DNA from: Deltaproteobacteria bacterium
GTDB lineage: Bacteria > Myxococcota_A > Polyangia > Polyangiales > Houyiibacteriaceae
Reading direction: 5' to 3'
DNA: 64,000 nt
Assembly: GCA_034670305.1 (NCBI GenBank)
Contig: JAXMNT010000022.1
Location: forward strand, 57,545-121,544
The translations under genes and the position numbers were made by a program. The first letter of the stretch is position 1; every line of letters begins with the position of its first letter. This document shows positions 43,055 through 52,154 of this stretch, piece by piece. The notes under the pieces are model-generated. The model was given only the letters and a program-made list of their open reading frames with translations, searched no databases and was not told where the DNA came from.

Positions 43055-43780
43055 TCAGCTCTGCCAACGGTGTTTGCAGTGAACGCAGCGCCAGAGCGTC
43101 GCATAGCTGTCCACGCTCTGGTTCACGTGCCCGGTCGACCCCGTCGAGGTCGTGACCTGAACGCTCTCGGTGTGCGTGCCGGTGTGCTGAGCGCCTACGG
43201 CCATCGCCGCCAGATACCGATGGCACGAGGGGCAACGCCGGATTCGCGCGTCCACCGCATAGGCCAACGTGAAGAGCACACCAACCATGAGGATGAGGAG
43301 GAGTCGAGCGAGCCACGAGTCGACGGAGAAGGCAGCCCCCAGCAGGGCAAACGCAGGCAGCCAGATGAACCCGATGACCCATGGGCGCGAGAGGACGCTG
43401 AGAAGCCTCCGACGTGTACTCGCGTTCTCCAGGCTCTCCTTCCGGACCTGCATCGTGTTCAAGATCATCAGGAAGGATCCAACGATCGGCTCACGCGATC
43501 GTGCTGCCTCCAACCCTGCGACCAGCTTGTCGCGGCTGCTGGCAAACCAGAGCGGCACCGTGTGGTTGCTGAACACGGCGCAGACCGCCAGGGCGTCGGC
43601 TTGCATGCGGCGCACCAAATCGTCGGCGACGAGATCCGAGACCGTGCGTGAGACCATCGCGAGCTCGGCGCGTGCTTGGTCGGCTTCGGCCCCGTTCAGG
43701 TCCGCGCTTCGGACGAGCTTCTCGGCGAGCGTTCGGGCGACCTCTTCGTCGGACGCCGCTGCGATCTGAAACTCGGCCAC
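43055..43780 (-). CDS. Hypothetical membrane protein with C-terminal zinc ribbon
   Basis: Two TM segments, then CPSC...CVHC; GTG start at 43780 inferred. Confidence 0.6.
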   Translation of the reverse strand: MAEFQIAAASDEEVARTLAEKLVRSADLNGAEADQARAELAMVSRTVSDLVADDLVRRMQADALAVCAVFSNHTVPLWFASSRDKLVAGLEAARSREPIVGSFLMILNTMQVRKESLENASTRRRLLSVLSRPWVIGFIWLPAFALLGAAFSVDSWLARLLLILMVGVLFTLAYAVDARIRRCPSCHRYLAAMAVGAQHTGTHTESVQVTTSTGSTGHVNQSVDSYATLWRCVHCKHRWQS

Positions 43781-44011
43781 GGAGAGGTGATAGCGCGAAA
43801 ACCCGCCTGACGAGCACACTTCGCAGTTTGAGCCCTCAGCGGGCTGGGTTCGTGTGCCTTCTGGAGTGGTTTTCAACCGGCCGGGTTCGGTTGGATCCCG
43901 AAAGGCGCACCCCCTCGCTCCGCTTCGCAACGTCGATTCCCCGACCGCCGAGTCTCTGTCGGGGCGGAGGGGGCGGTTGGCTGCTAGCATGGCGCCGCGA
44001 GGAGACTTGGC

Positions 44012-45823
44012 ATGCGGCATTGGCTTTCGACTTGGTGTGTGGGCGTACTGGTGGTGGGATCTCTCGGAGGCTGCGCGAGCGAGCCGGTCGAGGCGATCGA
44101 GTCACCGATCATCAACGGGTCCCGCGAGACGCGGGCGGAGTACGTGGTCGCGGTGGTGAACCTCGGCCGCGCGGGCGCCGGCGGGTTGTGCAGCGGCACC
44201 ATGATCGGTCCGTACGCGGTGCTCACCGCGAAACACTGTGTGTACCAGGACGACGCCAGCGGCCGCTCGGTGGCGGTGCCGCTGAGTGACCTGCTGATCG
44301 TGCGCGGGCACGACGTCATCACCGACGACCCGACCGGCGTGGTCGACACGATGGCCGCATTCGAAGTGCGCACCACTTCGGGCGCGTACGCCGACTCCGA
44401 TCTCGAGAATGGCCGCGACATCGCGGTCATCCTTCTGCCGCGTGCCTTTCCGGGCATCCCGACCCGGCGCGTGGGCACGGCACTGCCCGACATCGGCGCC
44501 GCGGCGGTGATCATCGGGTTCGGCAAGACCAACCCCAGCTCCTCCGCCGAAGGAGACTCCGGACTCAAGTTCAGCGGCAACACACGGATCGAAGATCGCG
44601 GGTCGCGGCTCATCCTGACCCGAGGCACCGCCAACACGTGCCAGGGCGACAGCGGCGGTCCGCTCCTGGTCGACAACCGCGTGGTGGGTGTGACGAGCTT
44701 CGGCATCGGGGGCTGTGGCTCGCGTAGCCAGCACTACTTCACGTCCGTGCCGCAGCACCTGACGATGATCAACAGTGCGCTCGACTTCGAGCCGGCGTGC
44801 GAAGAGAGCACCGAGGTCTGCGACTCGATCGACAACGACTGCGACGATCTCGTCGACGAAGGCTGCACGCTGATCGGGGACCCGTGCGCGCGCGACGAAG
44901 AGTGTTCGCGTGGACGCTGCGACGACACGCCCTCCGGTCGGGTCTGCGTGCGCGACTGCGATCCACGGTCCGCGATTCTGGTCTGTCCGCCGAGCTTCCA
45001 TTGCTCCGCGACGGCCTGCGGCGAAGGCCGCTGTCTCACCGGAGAAGGCAGCGCGCCCGACGGGACTGCGTGTGCGATGGACATCGAGTGCGCATCGGGC
45101 CGATGCGCCGAGGTGAACGGCAGCACGATCTGCGCGCGCCAATGCGACCCGGCGGCAGGCGACTGCGGTGGCGGCACGCTCTGCGAGTCCGACGGAACCT
45201 GCGGCAGCTGCATTCCGCCCGAGCTCTCCACCATGCCCCGACCCTTCGGTGCGCCCTGCGACGCGGACGGCGACTGCGCCAGCATGGACTGCGCGATGGG
45301 GGAGGGCGGGGAGCCCTTCTGCACCGAAGCGTGCACCGAAGACTCGTGCTCGGACGGGTACCACTGCCGGGAGGCGCGCTGCGTACGCGGCGACGCAGTG
45401 ACGCCCGGCGAACCCTGCGTACACACCGACGACTGCGCGGAGGGCGAGTGCGTGGGCATCGACGGCGACATGGTCTGCGCGTTGGACTGCAGCGCCGACT
45501 GCGAAGCGGGCTTCGAGTGCGAACCGACGACCGACGGAGATCGCTGCGTGCCGGCCGGCGTGGGGCTCGGCGAACCGTGCATGAACCACGGCGTCTGCCG
45601 CACCGGCTTGTGTGCGGGCACCTGCACCCGCATCTGCGACACGAGCCCCTGTCCGGAGGGCTTCGACTGTGTGCCCGCGGGCGAAGTGAGCGGATGTTTC
45701 CCAGCCGCCGAGCCGATGATGCCGACCGAGAGCGGCGGCTGCGCAGTGGGCGCATCGGGCGCGCGCGGAAGTCTGCTGGCGCTTGCGTTTGGCATGCTGC
45801 TGATGCGCCGACGCCGGAGCTGA
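44012..45823 (+). CDS. Trypsin-like (S1) serine protease with Cys-rich repeats and MYXO-CTERM-like sorting signal
   Basis: IING, LTAKHC, DIAV and CQGDSGGP; long Cys-rich region; GGCAVG...LLMRRRRS. Confidence 0.92.
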   Translation: MRHWLSTWCVGVLVVGSLGGCASEPVEAIESPIINGSRETRAEYVVAVVNLGRAGAGGLCSGTMIGPYAVLTAKHCVYQDDASGRSVAVPLSDLLIVRGHDVITDDPTGVVDTMAAFEVRTTSGAYADSDLENGRDIAVILLPRAFPGIPTRRVGTALPDIGAAAVIIGFGKTNPSSSAEGDSGLKFSGNTRIEDRGSRLILTRGTANTCQGDSGGPLLVDNRVVGVTSFGIGGCGSRSQHYFTSVPQHLTMINSALDFEPACEESTEVCDSIDNDCDDLVDEGCTLIGDPCARDEECSRGRCDDTPSGRVCVRDCDPRSAILVCPPSFHCSATACGEGRCLTGEGSAPDGTACAMDIECASGRCAEVNGSTICARQCDPAAGDCGGGTLCESDGTCGSCIPPELSTMPRPFGAPCDADGDCASMDCAMGEGGEPFCTEACTEDSCSDGYHCREARCVRGDAVTPGEPCVHTDDCAEGECVGIDGDMVCALDCSADCEAGFECEPTTDGDRCVPAGVGLGEPCMNHGVCRTGLCAGTCTRICDTSPCPEGFDCVPAGEVSGCFPAAEPMMPTESGGCAVGASGARGSLLALAFGMLLMRRRRS

Positions 45824-45835
45824 CCACCTCCGCCG

Positions 45836-45863
45836 GAGCGCCAGTCCTGAAGGGCTGGCGCTC
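45836..45863 (+). terminator. GC-rich hairpin after the protease gene
   Basis: GAGCGCCAGTCC-TGAA-GGGCTGGCGCTC; only a weak U-tract follows. Confidence 0.5.
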
Positions 45864-45866
45864 TTG

Positions 45867-46126
45867 CTAGCAGGCTGCTGAAGAACGCCCGCAGGGCGTT
45901 CTCGCAGCCTGCCCCTTGCCCCTGCCCTTGCCTTTGCCCTTGCCCGCGGATCAGCGGTCAAATCGCTTGATCAGCGCGACGAGCATCGCGACGACGCTTC
46001 GTCCGCTGGGCATCGGGCTCCGATTCGCGGCCTCGCCGTCGCGAAACACACGGCGTCCACGACGCGGGCAAGGGCACGGGCAAGGGCAACGGCAAGGGAG
46101 CAGATCGCTTTTCAGCGACCTGCTAG
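45867..46126. mobile_element. MITE-like element (copy 1) with CTAG boundaries, 14-bp imperfect TIRs and internal hexamer inverted arms
   Basis: CTAG|CAGGCTGCTGAAGA ... TTTTCAGCGACCTG|CTAG; near-identical second copy starts at 63877. Confidence 0.85.
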
Positions 46127-47008
46127 CTCCAGCCAGCGCTGGAGGAACGCCGCGATCGGCTCGAGGGGTCGCGGAGACTCCACCGGGGTCACGCCCCCTT
46201 CGTGGATCACGACCAGCTGGGTGCGCGGTTCGTCTTTGGCGTAGCCGACCGGCCAGAGGGCGGCCCGCATGGCGCCGTGGCGCGGGACCTGCGTCGTGGT
46301 GGTCGGCTTTCCGGTCGCGGAGCTCCGCATCGTGGCGCCCGCCGGCGAGGTCTCGAGCAACCATTCGGTTTGCCAGCCTTGCTGGAAACGGCGGAAGGTC
46401 CCCAGCAAGAGTTCGCGCGGCTCACGAAACAACATCGCCAGCGCGGTGAATGGAAACGCCGCGAGACACAGCGCGCCGAGCGCCACCGCGGCCCACATCG
46501 CCGGCGGGTGTGCGCGTGCTTGCCGCACCGCGGTGCCGTCGCCACTGACTTCGAACCCGGCCGCTTCGAGTTCTTCTCGAGGCACCCGTGCCGGTGCGTC
46601 GCGGTAGCCGCCACGGGATGGCGCAAGCTCGGCGGCGGTCCACGAGACACACAGCGTCTCCTCCCGCCAGAGCTCGAAGACCGCTCCGATGCGGCTGGCG
46701 GCACGCAGGGCGGCGGGGATCACGGCGTTCTCGAACTCGGGCTCGCAGATCGGGTGGTTCTCGAACGAACCGAGCACCCGTTCGCCATCGAGCGCGACCA
46801 CGCGCATGCCCGGGTGTCCTCGTCGTCCGGAGCGCTCGTCTCCAACGGCATCCCCACCGCTGAACTCGTCCACGACGACATCGGCCACATGCCCGAGGGC
46901 GGACCCTGCCGTGTGGCGCCTGAACCGGACCACGCAGATCCGAGTGGCCGCCTCGAGTGCATTCAACGCAGCGCAGATCTCTGTGCGACGGGCGGCATCG
47001 TCTTTCAC
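46112..47008 (-). CDS. Hypothetical membrane protein
   Basis: GGYRDAP motif followed by a TM segment; the stop codon lies inside the element's TIR. Confidence 0.55.
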   Translation of the reverse strand: MKDDAARRTEICAALNALEAATRICVVRFRRHTAGSALGHVADVVVDEFSGGDAVGDERSGRRGHPGMRVVALDGERVLGSFENHPICEPEFENAVIPAALRAASRIGAVFELWREETLCVSWTAAELAPSRGGYRDAPARVPREELEAAGFEVSGDGTAVRQARAHPPAMWAAVALGALCLAAFPFTALAMLFREPRELLLGTFRRFQQGWQTEWLLETSPAGATMRSSATGKPTTTTQVPRHGAMRAALWPVGYAKDEPRTQLVVIHEGGVTPVESPRPLEPIAAFLQRWLELAGR

Positions 47009-47050
47009 GCGGCCGATCCTACCAAGCCGTCGCGCCTCGACACCAAGAGT

Positions 47051-48064
47051 TCATTCGATCGCCTGGGGCACCCGCAGATCCTGACGCGTCGTCTCTGTGC
47101 CCACCACCTGGATGCGCGCGATGCCGCGCCAGCCGGCGACCCACATCGTGCCGTCGTCGTCGAGGTGCAGGTCGCGCATGTGGAGCATGTCGCTCAGATC
47201 GATCCGGGTCTCCACGCCCGCGTCGGTTCGAACCAGTCCCTCGGTGTAATGAAGCAGCCAGAGCCGGTGGGCGGAGACGTCGTAGGCGACCCCCGTGCCC
47301 TTGTTGTCCACGCCCGGCTGGTGCTGGAAGACCTGACCATCGAACCGGTACAGCCCCGCGCCGAAGTCCTCCACCCAGAGCTGGCCGCGTGCGTCCACCC
47401 GCAACCGCCGCGGGTCCCGACCGGGGTACCCCACCGAGTCGATCGAGACGAAGCCGTTCGGGGTCTGCAACCCGCCCATGAAGTCGATCGACCACAGGCC
47501 GCCCTCATGGAACACCACACTGTACGCGCCCGCGCCGGTGGCCACGGCGGTCGGCTGGAATCCCTGCGGCGTGTACACCCATGCGGTCGAGCCGTAGTTG
47601 ACGAAGAGTTCGCCCTGCGGCCCGAGCACGAGCTGGTGGTAGTCCGCGTCGTTCTCCTGGTTCTCGAGCAGCGCCGTCCAGCCGGTCCCGTCCCAGCGGA
47701 GGACCGACTTGTCGCAGCCGAACCACGCGGCGCCCAGGGTCACCTGCACGCTGTTGCAGATGAACTCTTCGTGGTGCGCGACGACCACCTGGCGTTCGGT
47801 GTCCCAGACGACCGCGCCCGCCTGCGTACCGGCCACGAGCCACGAGGAGAACCGCTCGATGTCGTAGACCATGTTGTACCGCCCGGTGATCGGTTCGGTG
47901 ATCTCTGGAAGGGCAGGCGGTCCTTCGACCGCGAGCGTCGTCGGGGCAGGCTCGGGCGCCTCCGAGGGATTCGAGATCGGCGTGGGCTGCACCGTCTGCA
48001 GCGGGCTGGAACACGCCGTCAGCAGAGAGAACACGGCCACGGCGGCAGAGCGAAAGAACACCAT
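47051..48064 (-). CDS. Beta-propeller lipoprotein (two-component-regulator propeller-like repeats)
   Basis: Lipobox LTA-C; repeats VDARGQLWV, LDDDGTMWVAG and GPQGELFV. Confidence 0.75.
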   Translation of the reverse strand: MVFFRSAAVAVFSLLTACSSPLQTVQPTPISNPSEAPEPAPTTLAVEGPPALPEITEPITGRYNMVYDIERFSSWLVAGTQAGAVVWDTERQVVVAHHEEFICNSVQVTLGAAWFGCDKSVLRWDGTGWTALLENQENDADYHQLVLGPQGELFVNYGSTAWVYTPQGFQPTAVATGAGAYSVVFHEGGLWSIDFMGGLQTPNGFVSIDSVGYPGRDPRRLRVDARGQLWVEDFGAGLYRFDGQVFQHQPGVDNKGTGVAYDVSAHRLWLLHYTEGLVRTDAGVETRIDLSDMLHMRDLHLDDDGTMWVAGWRGIARIQVVGTETTRQDLRVPQAIE

Positions 48065-48116
48065 GCGACAGTGTACCGCCGCGGCCGCTGTCCATTCCTT
48101 CCCGGCGACTTCCTGG

Positions 48117-49982
48117 CTACTTCCTGGCGGCCCAGGCCCGGCTCGTGGCGACGACCGCCGCGAAGCCGCCGACCCCGATGAGTTCGTACGCCCACTCGGG
48201 GAACAGCCCCGTCAGCACCGCGGCCACCGCGAGGCAGGCGGTCCCCCACCAGAGCCGTTTGTCCAGCGTGATCGCAAGCGCCGAGAAGCAGTACGTGTAG
48301 AGCAGCGGCGTGAGCGCGAGCGCGTGGTCGACGGGCAGGTCGGAGACGAACGCGGACAACCAGAACAACTCGACCGCGACCGCGGTGGCGATCAGCCCTC
48401 CGTAGAGGCGCCGGTTCGCCCGGTTGAAGAAGAGCGTGTCTCGGCGGAGGTAGCCGATCGGAATGAAGGTGGCGACGAGCAGCACCCCTTCGGTCAGAAG
48501 CTCTGGGTAGCCGATCGGAAAGATGTCGGTCCGGGTCAACGCGCCGAACAAGACGTTGGTGACGGCCCACACGAACCCGAGCGCCAGGAACATGCGCCGC
48601 CGGTCGACTTGCCCGAGCGTGATGTCCAGCTCGCGGCTCATCTGCTCGAGCTGCGCCAGATGTTTCGCGCGGTCGGCAACCTCTCGCTGCAGCGCGGTGA
48701 GCGCGTCTCGTTGCCGCGTGGACGGCTGCCGCATTCTCGTCAGCGCCGCGGCCGCTTCGTCGGGGCGCCGGCGCGCGATCGCTCGGTCGAAACGGGCGGC
48801 CGCGATCGCGTCTTCCAGTGCATCGATCTCGTCGCTCTGAGGCCACTGCTGACGTGCGTAGACCGCGGCGAACTCGCACTCGAGAAACCGCGGTTCGACG
48901 AGCGCGTCGCTCGCCGCCTCGAGCCCCGCGATGTGCACGAGGGTGCGGCGCGCCTGTCCGATCAGCCGGTCCACCGCGCGACGATCCAGGAACGTCTCTA
49001 CCGCCGCCCGAAGCGCTTCCACGTTCTCGAACCGGCCGCTGGTCTTGGCGTCGAGGGCGCGGTGCAGGATCGCCACGAGTTCGGCCGGCACCGTCTCGTC
49101 GTAGCGGTGCGGCAGAGACATCAGAGCCGCCGAGAGCTGCAACATCAGCGACTCCCCTTCGTGCGGTTCGGTGCCGGTGACAAGAAAGTGCAGGATGCCG
49201 CCGAGCAGGTACACATCGGTGCGTTCGTCGATGTGCGCGGTGTCGACCGCCACGAGCTCGGGCGCGATGTAGCCAGGCGTGCCGGCGACGCCGAGGATGT
49301 CGGTGGTCTCATGGAGCCACTCTGGGGAGCGTCCCGGCAGACCGCACGCGAGCCCCCAGTCCACGACGTACACCTCTCCGTACGCGCCAAGCATCACGTT
49401 GTCCGGCTTCAGATCGAGGTGCAGCACCCCGCGGCTGTGCGCGAACGCGATCGCCTGACAGACCTTCATGAAGATGCGCAGGTGCCCCTCGAGATCACTG
49501 GGGTCGCAGCCGTGCGCGTCGAGACGCTCGGCCCAACTCTCGCCTTCGATGCGCTTCATGAGCATCGCCGGCGAGTTGCCCGCACGCGCCAACGCGTGGA
49601 CCGGGACGATGTGTGGGTGTTCGAGGGCGCCGCCCACCCACGCTTCCTTCAGCAGCGCCGACACCGAACCGTCGTCGTTCGAGTCGAGCACCGTCTTCAC
49701 CGCGACCGCCCGCCGGAGCGACTGCTGATCCGCTTCGCGCACTTCGCCCATGCCGCCCTTGCCGAGCAGGCGCCCGAGTTCGATCGGCTCCGGGGAGAGC
49801 GCCAAGGCCTGCGCTTCGGACGACGCGTCGGCGAAGAGCGTCTGGCTCTCTGCGAGCGCGTCGCGGCCGCTGGCGACCAACGTGCCATCGCCGCGTTGCA
49901 GTAACGCGTCGGGAGAGAGTCCCCGTGCTTCCCACAGGGTCGCGAGCCGCGCGCTGGCCTCCTCGAGCGGCGCCGCACTCAC
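48117..49982 (-). CDS. Ser/Thr protein kinase with C-terminal multi-TM domain (paralog B)
   Basis: LGKGGMG, VAVK, HLDLKPDN, DWG and GTPGYIAPE; 5-6 C-terminal TM segments; GTGA overlap with paralog A. Confidence 0.9.
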   Translation of the reverse strand: MSAAPLEEASARLATLWEARGLSPDALLQRGDGTLVASGRDALAESQTLFADASSEAQALALSPEPIELGRLLGKGGMGEVREADQQSLRRAVAVKTVLDSNDDGSVSALLKEAWVGGALEHPHIVPVHALARAGNSPAMLMKRIEGESWAERLDAHGCDPSDLEGHLRIFMKVCQAIAFAHSRGVLHLDLKPDNVMLGAYGEVYVVDWGLACGLPGRSPEWLHETTDILGVAGTPGYIAPELVAVDTAHIDERTDVYLLGGILHFLVTGTEPHEGESLMLQLSAALMSLPHRYDETVPAELVAILHRALDAKTSGRFENVEALRAAVETFLDRRAVDRLIGQARRTLVHIAGLEAASDALVEPRFLECEFAAVYARQQWPQSDEIDALEDAIAAARFDRAIARRRPDEAAAALTRMRQPSTRQRDALTALQREVADRAKHLAQLEQMSRELDITLGQVDRRRMFLALGFVWAVTNVLFGALTRTDIFPIGYPELLTEGVLLVATFIPIGYLRRDTLFFNRANRRLYGGLIATAVAVELFWLSAFVSDLPVDHALALTPLLYTYCFSALAITLDKRLWWGTACLAVAAVLTGLFPEWAYELIGVGGFAAVVATSRAWAARK

Positions 49983-52051
49983 GAAGCGGCCTCGCTGTTG
50001 TCGGCGGGCCGGTAGGCGAGACCGACGCTCATGGCGGAGAGCCCGCCGCCGAGCCCGATGATCTCGTACGCCCACTCGGGGTAGACGTTCGCGAGGAGCA
50101 GCGTCGGGATCTGCAAGAGGGGGCCGACAAAGAAGCGCACGTCGACCAGCACCGCGAACGCACCAAACGCGAGCAGGTAGTAGAGCGGGGTCAGGGTCAA
50201 GGCGTGCTGGAACGCGAGGCCGAGTTCGAAACACACGAGCCAGTGCGCTTGCACGACGAAGAAGGTGCAGATGCAGAGACCGAGCACCGCCGCGTTCGCA
50301 TGGTTCTGGAAGATGAGTTTCCGCCGAAAGAACGTGTAGGGCGCGATGAACGCGGCCACCGCGGCGCCGGTCACCCCCATCTCCGCGTACCCGAGCGAGA
50401 GGATCGAGGCGCGCTCGGCGTGTCCCATCGCCAGGTTCACCGCGATGAACACCAGGCCGAGGGCGACGCCGAGACCGCGCCGCATCTTGCTGCCCACCTG
50501 CAGGTCGTGGTCGTGTTCGAGGCGCTCCAGTTTCCGGACGTGCGCGGCCCGGGTGCGCTCGCGGGCGCGCAACGCGTCGAGGTCGCGGGTCAGCTCCGGG
50601 TGGGGGGTGCGCAGTTCTCCGACGTAGGCCTCGGCGAGCTCCGCGCGTTCGGCGCCGATCGCCCACCGCGCCATCGCGTGGTGCAGCCGTTCGTGAAGCG
50701 TTTCGAGTTCGGGATGTTCGGGCCACGCTTCGGCGGCGGCGCTCAACGCGAAGCGGCTCGAGACGAATGCGTCGCGCACGGTGGACTGCGCGAGGTCCAT
50801 CTTCGCGTCGGCCTGGGTCGCTGCGGCCTGAGTCTCTGCGGCCTGCTGTACAACGGACCGGTCGGCGGCGGCTTCGACGGTGGCGAGCCCGCGCCTGCAC
50901 ACGTCGAGCAACTCGAGGGTCGACCTGTGTTCGAGGAAGGACTCGACCGCCTCCCGCAACGCGTTCACCGACGCGAAGCGCGCAGCCGGATCTCGATGCA
51001 TCGCGCGGTGCAGGATGGCGGCGAGTTCGTCTGGGAGCGCCTCGTAGTCGCACGGCTCGCTGAGGAACGCTTTGTAGAGGCGACCGAGGATGTGCGGCGC
51101 GCGGTGCGGCGGTTGCCCGGTGACGATCTCGTGGAGGATCGCGCCCATCAGGTAGACGTCGGAGTGCGCCGCGATCTCGGCGCCGACCCCCTTGGCGAGT
51201 TCGGGCGCCATGTACTCCGGTGTCCCGGCGACGCGGGCGATGCCGGACGCGCGTGGGAGCCAGTCCGGCGCGCCCTCCATGCCAGCGGCAAGACCCCAGT
51301 CCACCAGGTACACCTCGCCGAATGCGCCAAGCATGACGTTCTGCGGTTTGAGATCGAGGTGCAGCACCCCGCGGCTGTGCGCGTAGGCAACGGCGTGGCA
51401 CACCTGGATGAACACACGCAGTTCGCTCTCGAGATCGACGCCGCGCGCGCTCGACCGCTCGGGCGCCTCGGTCTCTTGCATCTCGGTGGCGGATTCTGGA
51501 TCGACCTCAGGCGCGCGGAAGGCGCCGGGCACCGAACCGCGGTCGAAGGTACGAAGCCGCTCCTGCCACGAGTCGCCCTCGACGCGTTTCATGACGACCG
51601 AGACGCCGAACTCGTGTGGCGCCAGCGCGTGGACCGGCACCAGACCTGGGTGCTCCAGGGTGCCGCCGACCCACGCTTCTTTGAGGAGCCCCGCGAGCGC
51701 GCCGCTGGTGCCCGGACCATGCAGCGATTTGACCGCGACTTCCCTGCGCAGCGAGGGCTGCACGCCCACCTGGACGACCCCCATGCCGCCGCGTCCGATC
51801 ACCTCGCCGAGCACCACCGCTTCGCCGAGCCGGGCGCCGAACGCCGCGGTGCGTTGGCCGTCGGGGGCGGCGAGGGTCTCCGAGTCGATCGAGAGGTGCC
51901 GGTCGGAAGCCACCAGGGTGTCGTCGTCGCGCAGCTCCAGACTCGATGGCGAGATGCCCTGCTCGAGCCAGACCGAGGTCAGCGCCTCCATGCCTTCGGT
52001 CGGCGCCCCCAGCGTCGCCAACTCGGGACCGTCGTGTTCTGGCGTCGACAC
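49979..52051 (-). CDS. Ser/Thr protein kinase with C-terminal multi-TM domain (paralog A)
   Basis: IGRGGMG, VAVK, HLDLKPQN, DWG and GTPEYMAPE; 5-6 C-terminal TM segments. Confidence 0.9.
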   Translation of the reverse strand: MSTPEHDGPELATLGAPTEGMEALTSVWLEQGISPSSLELRDDDTLVASDRHLSIDSETLAAPDGQRTAAFGARLGEAVVLGEVIGRGGMGVVQVGVQPSLRREVAVKSLHGPGTSGALAGLLKEAWVGGTLEHPGLVPVHALAPHEFGVSVVMKRVEGDSWQERLRTFDRGSVPGAFRAPEVDPESATEMQETEAPERSSARGVDLESELRVFIQVCHAVAYAHSRGVLHLDLKPQNVMLGAFGEVYLVDWGLAAGMEGAPDWLPRASGIARVAGTPEYMAPELAKGVGAEIAAHSDVYLMGAILHEIVTGQPPHRAPHILGRLYKAFLSEPCDYEALPDELAAILHRAMHRDPAARFASVNALREAVESFLEHRSTLELLDVCRRGLATVEAAADRSVVQQAAETQAAATQADAKMDLAQSTVRDAFVSSRFALSAAAEAWPEHPELETLHERLHHAMARWAIGAERAELAEAYVGELRTPHPELTRDLDALRARERTRAAHVRKLERLEHDHDLQVGSKMRRGLGVALGLVFIAVNLAMGHAERASILSLGYAEMGVTGAAVAAFIAPYTFFRRKLIFQNHANAAVLGLCICTFFVVQAHWLVCFELGLAFQHALTLTPLYYLLAFGAFAVLVDVRFFVGPLLQIPTLLLANVYPEWAYEIIGLGGGLSAMSVGLAYRPADNSEAAS

Positions 52052-52154
52052 CGACCGACCATACCGAACTCGACTCGGATCGGGGCCCGCGAATGTGTTT
52101 GCTCGAACGTCGCCCCCCTCGCGTCGCAGGCGGCCGAAGGGGTACCCTCGACCG

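Noticed and set aside
45867-46126. Diversity-generating retroelement suggested by the Avd-like remnant
   Set aside because: No reverse transcriptase and no TR/VR pair with adenine-specific mismatches in the window.
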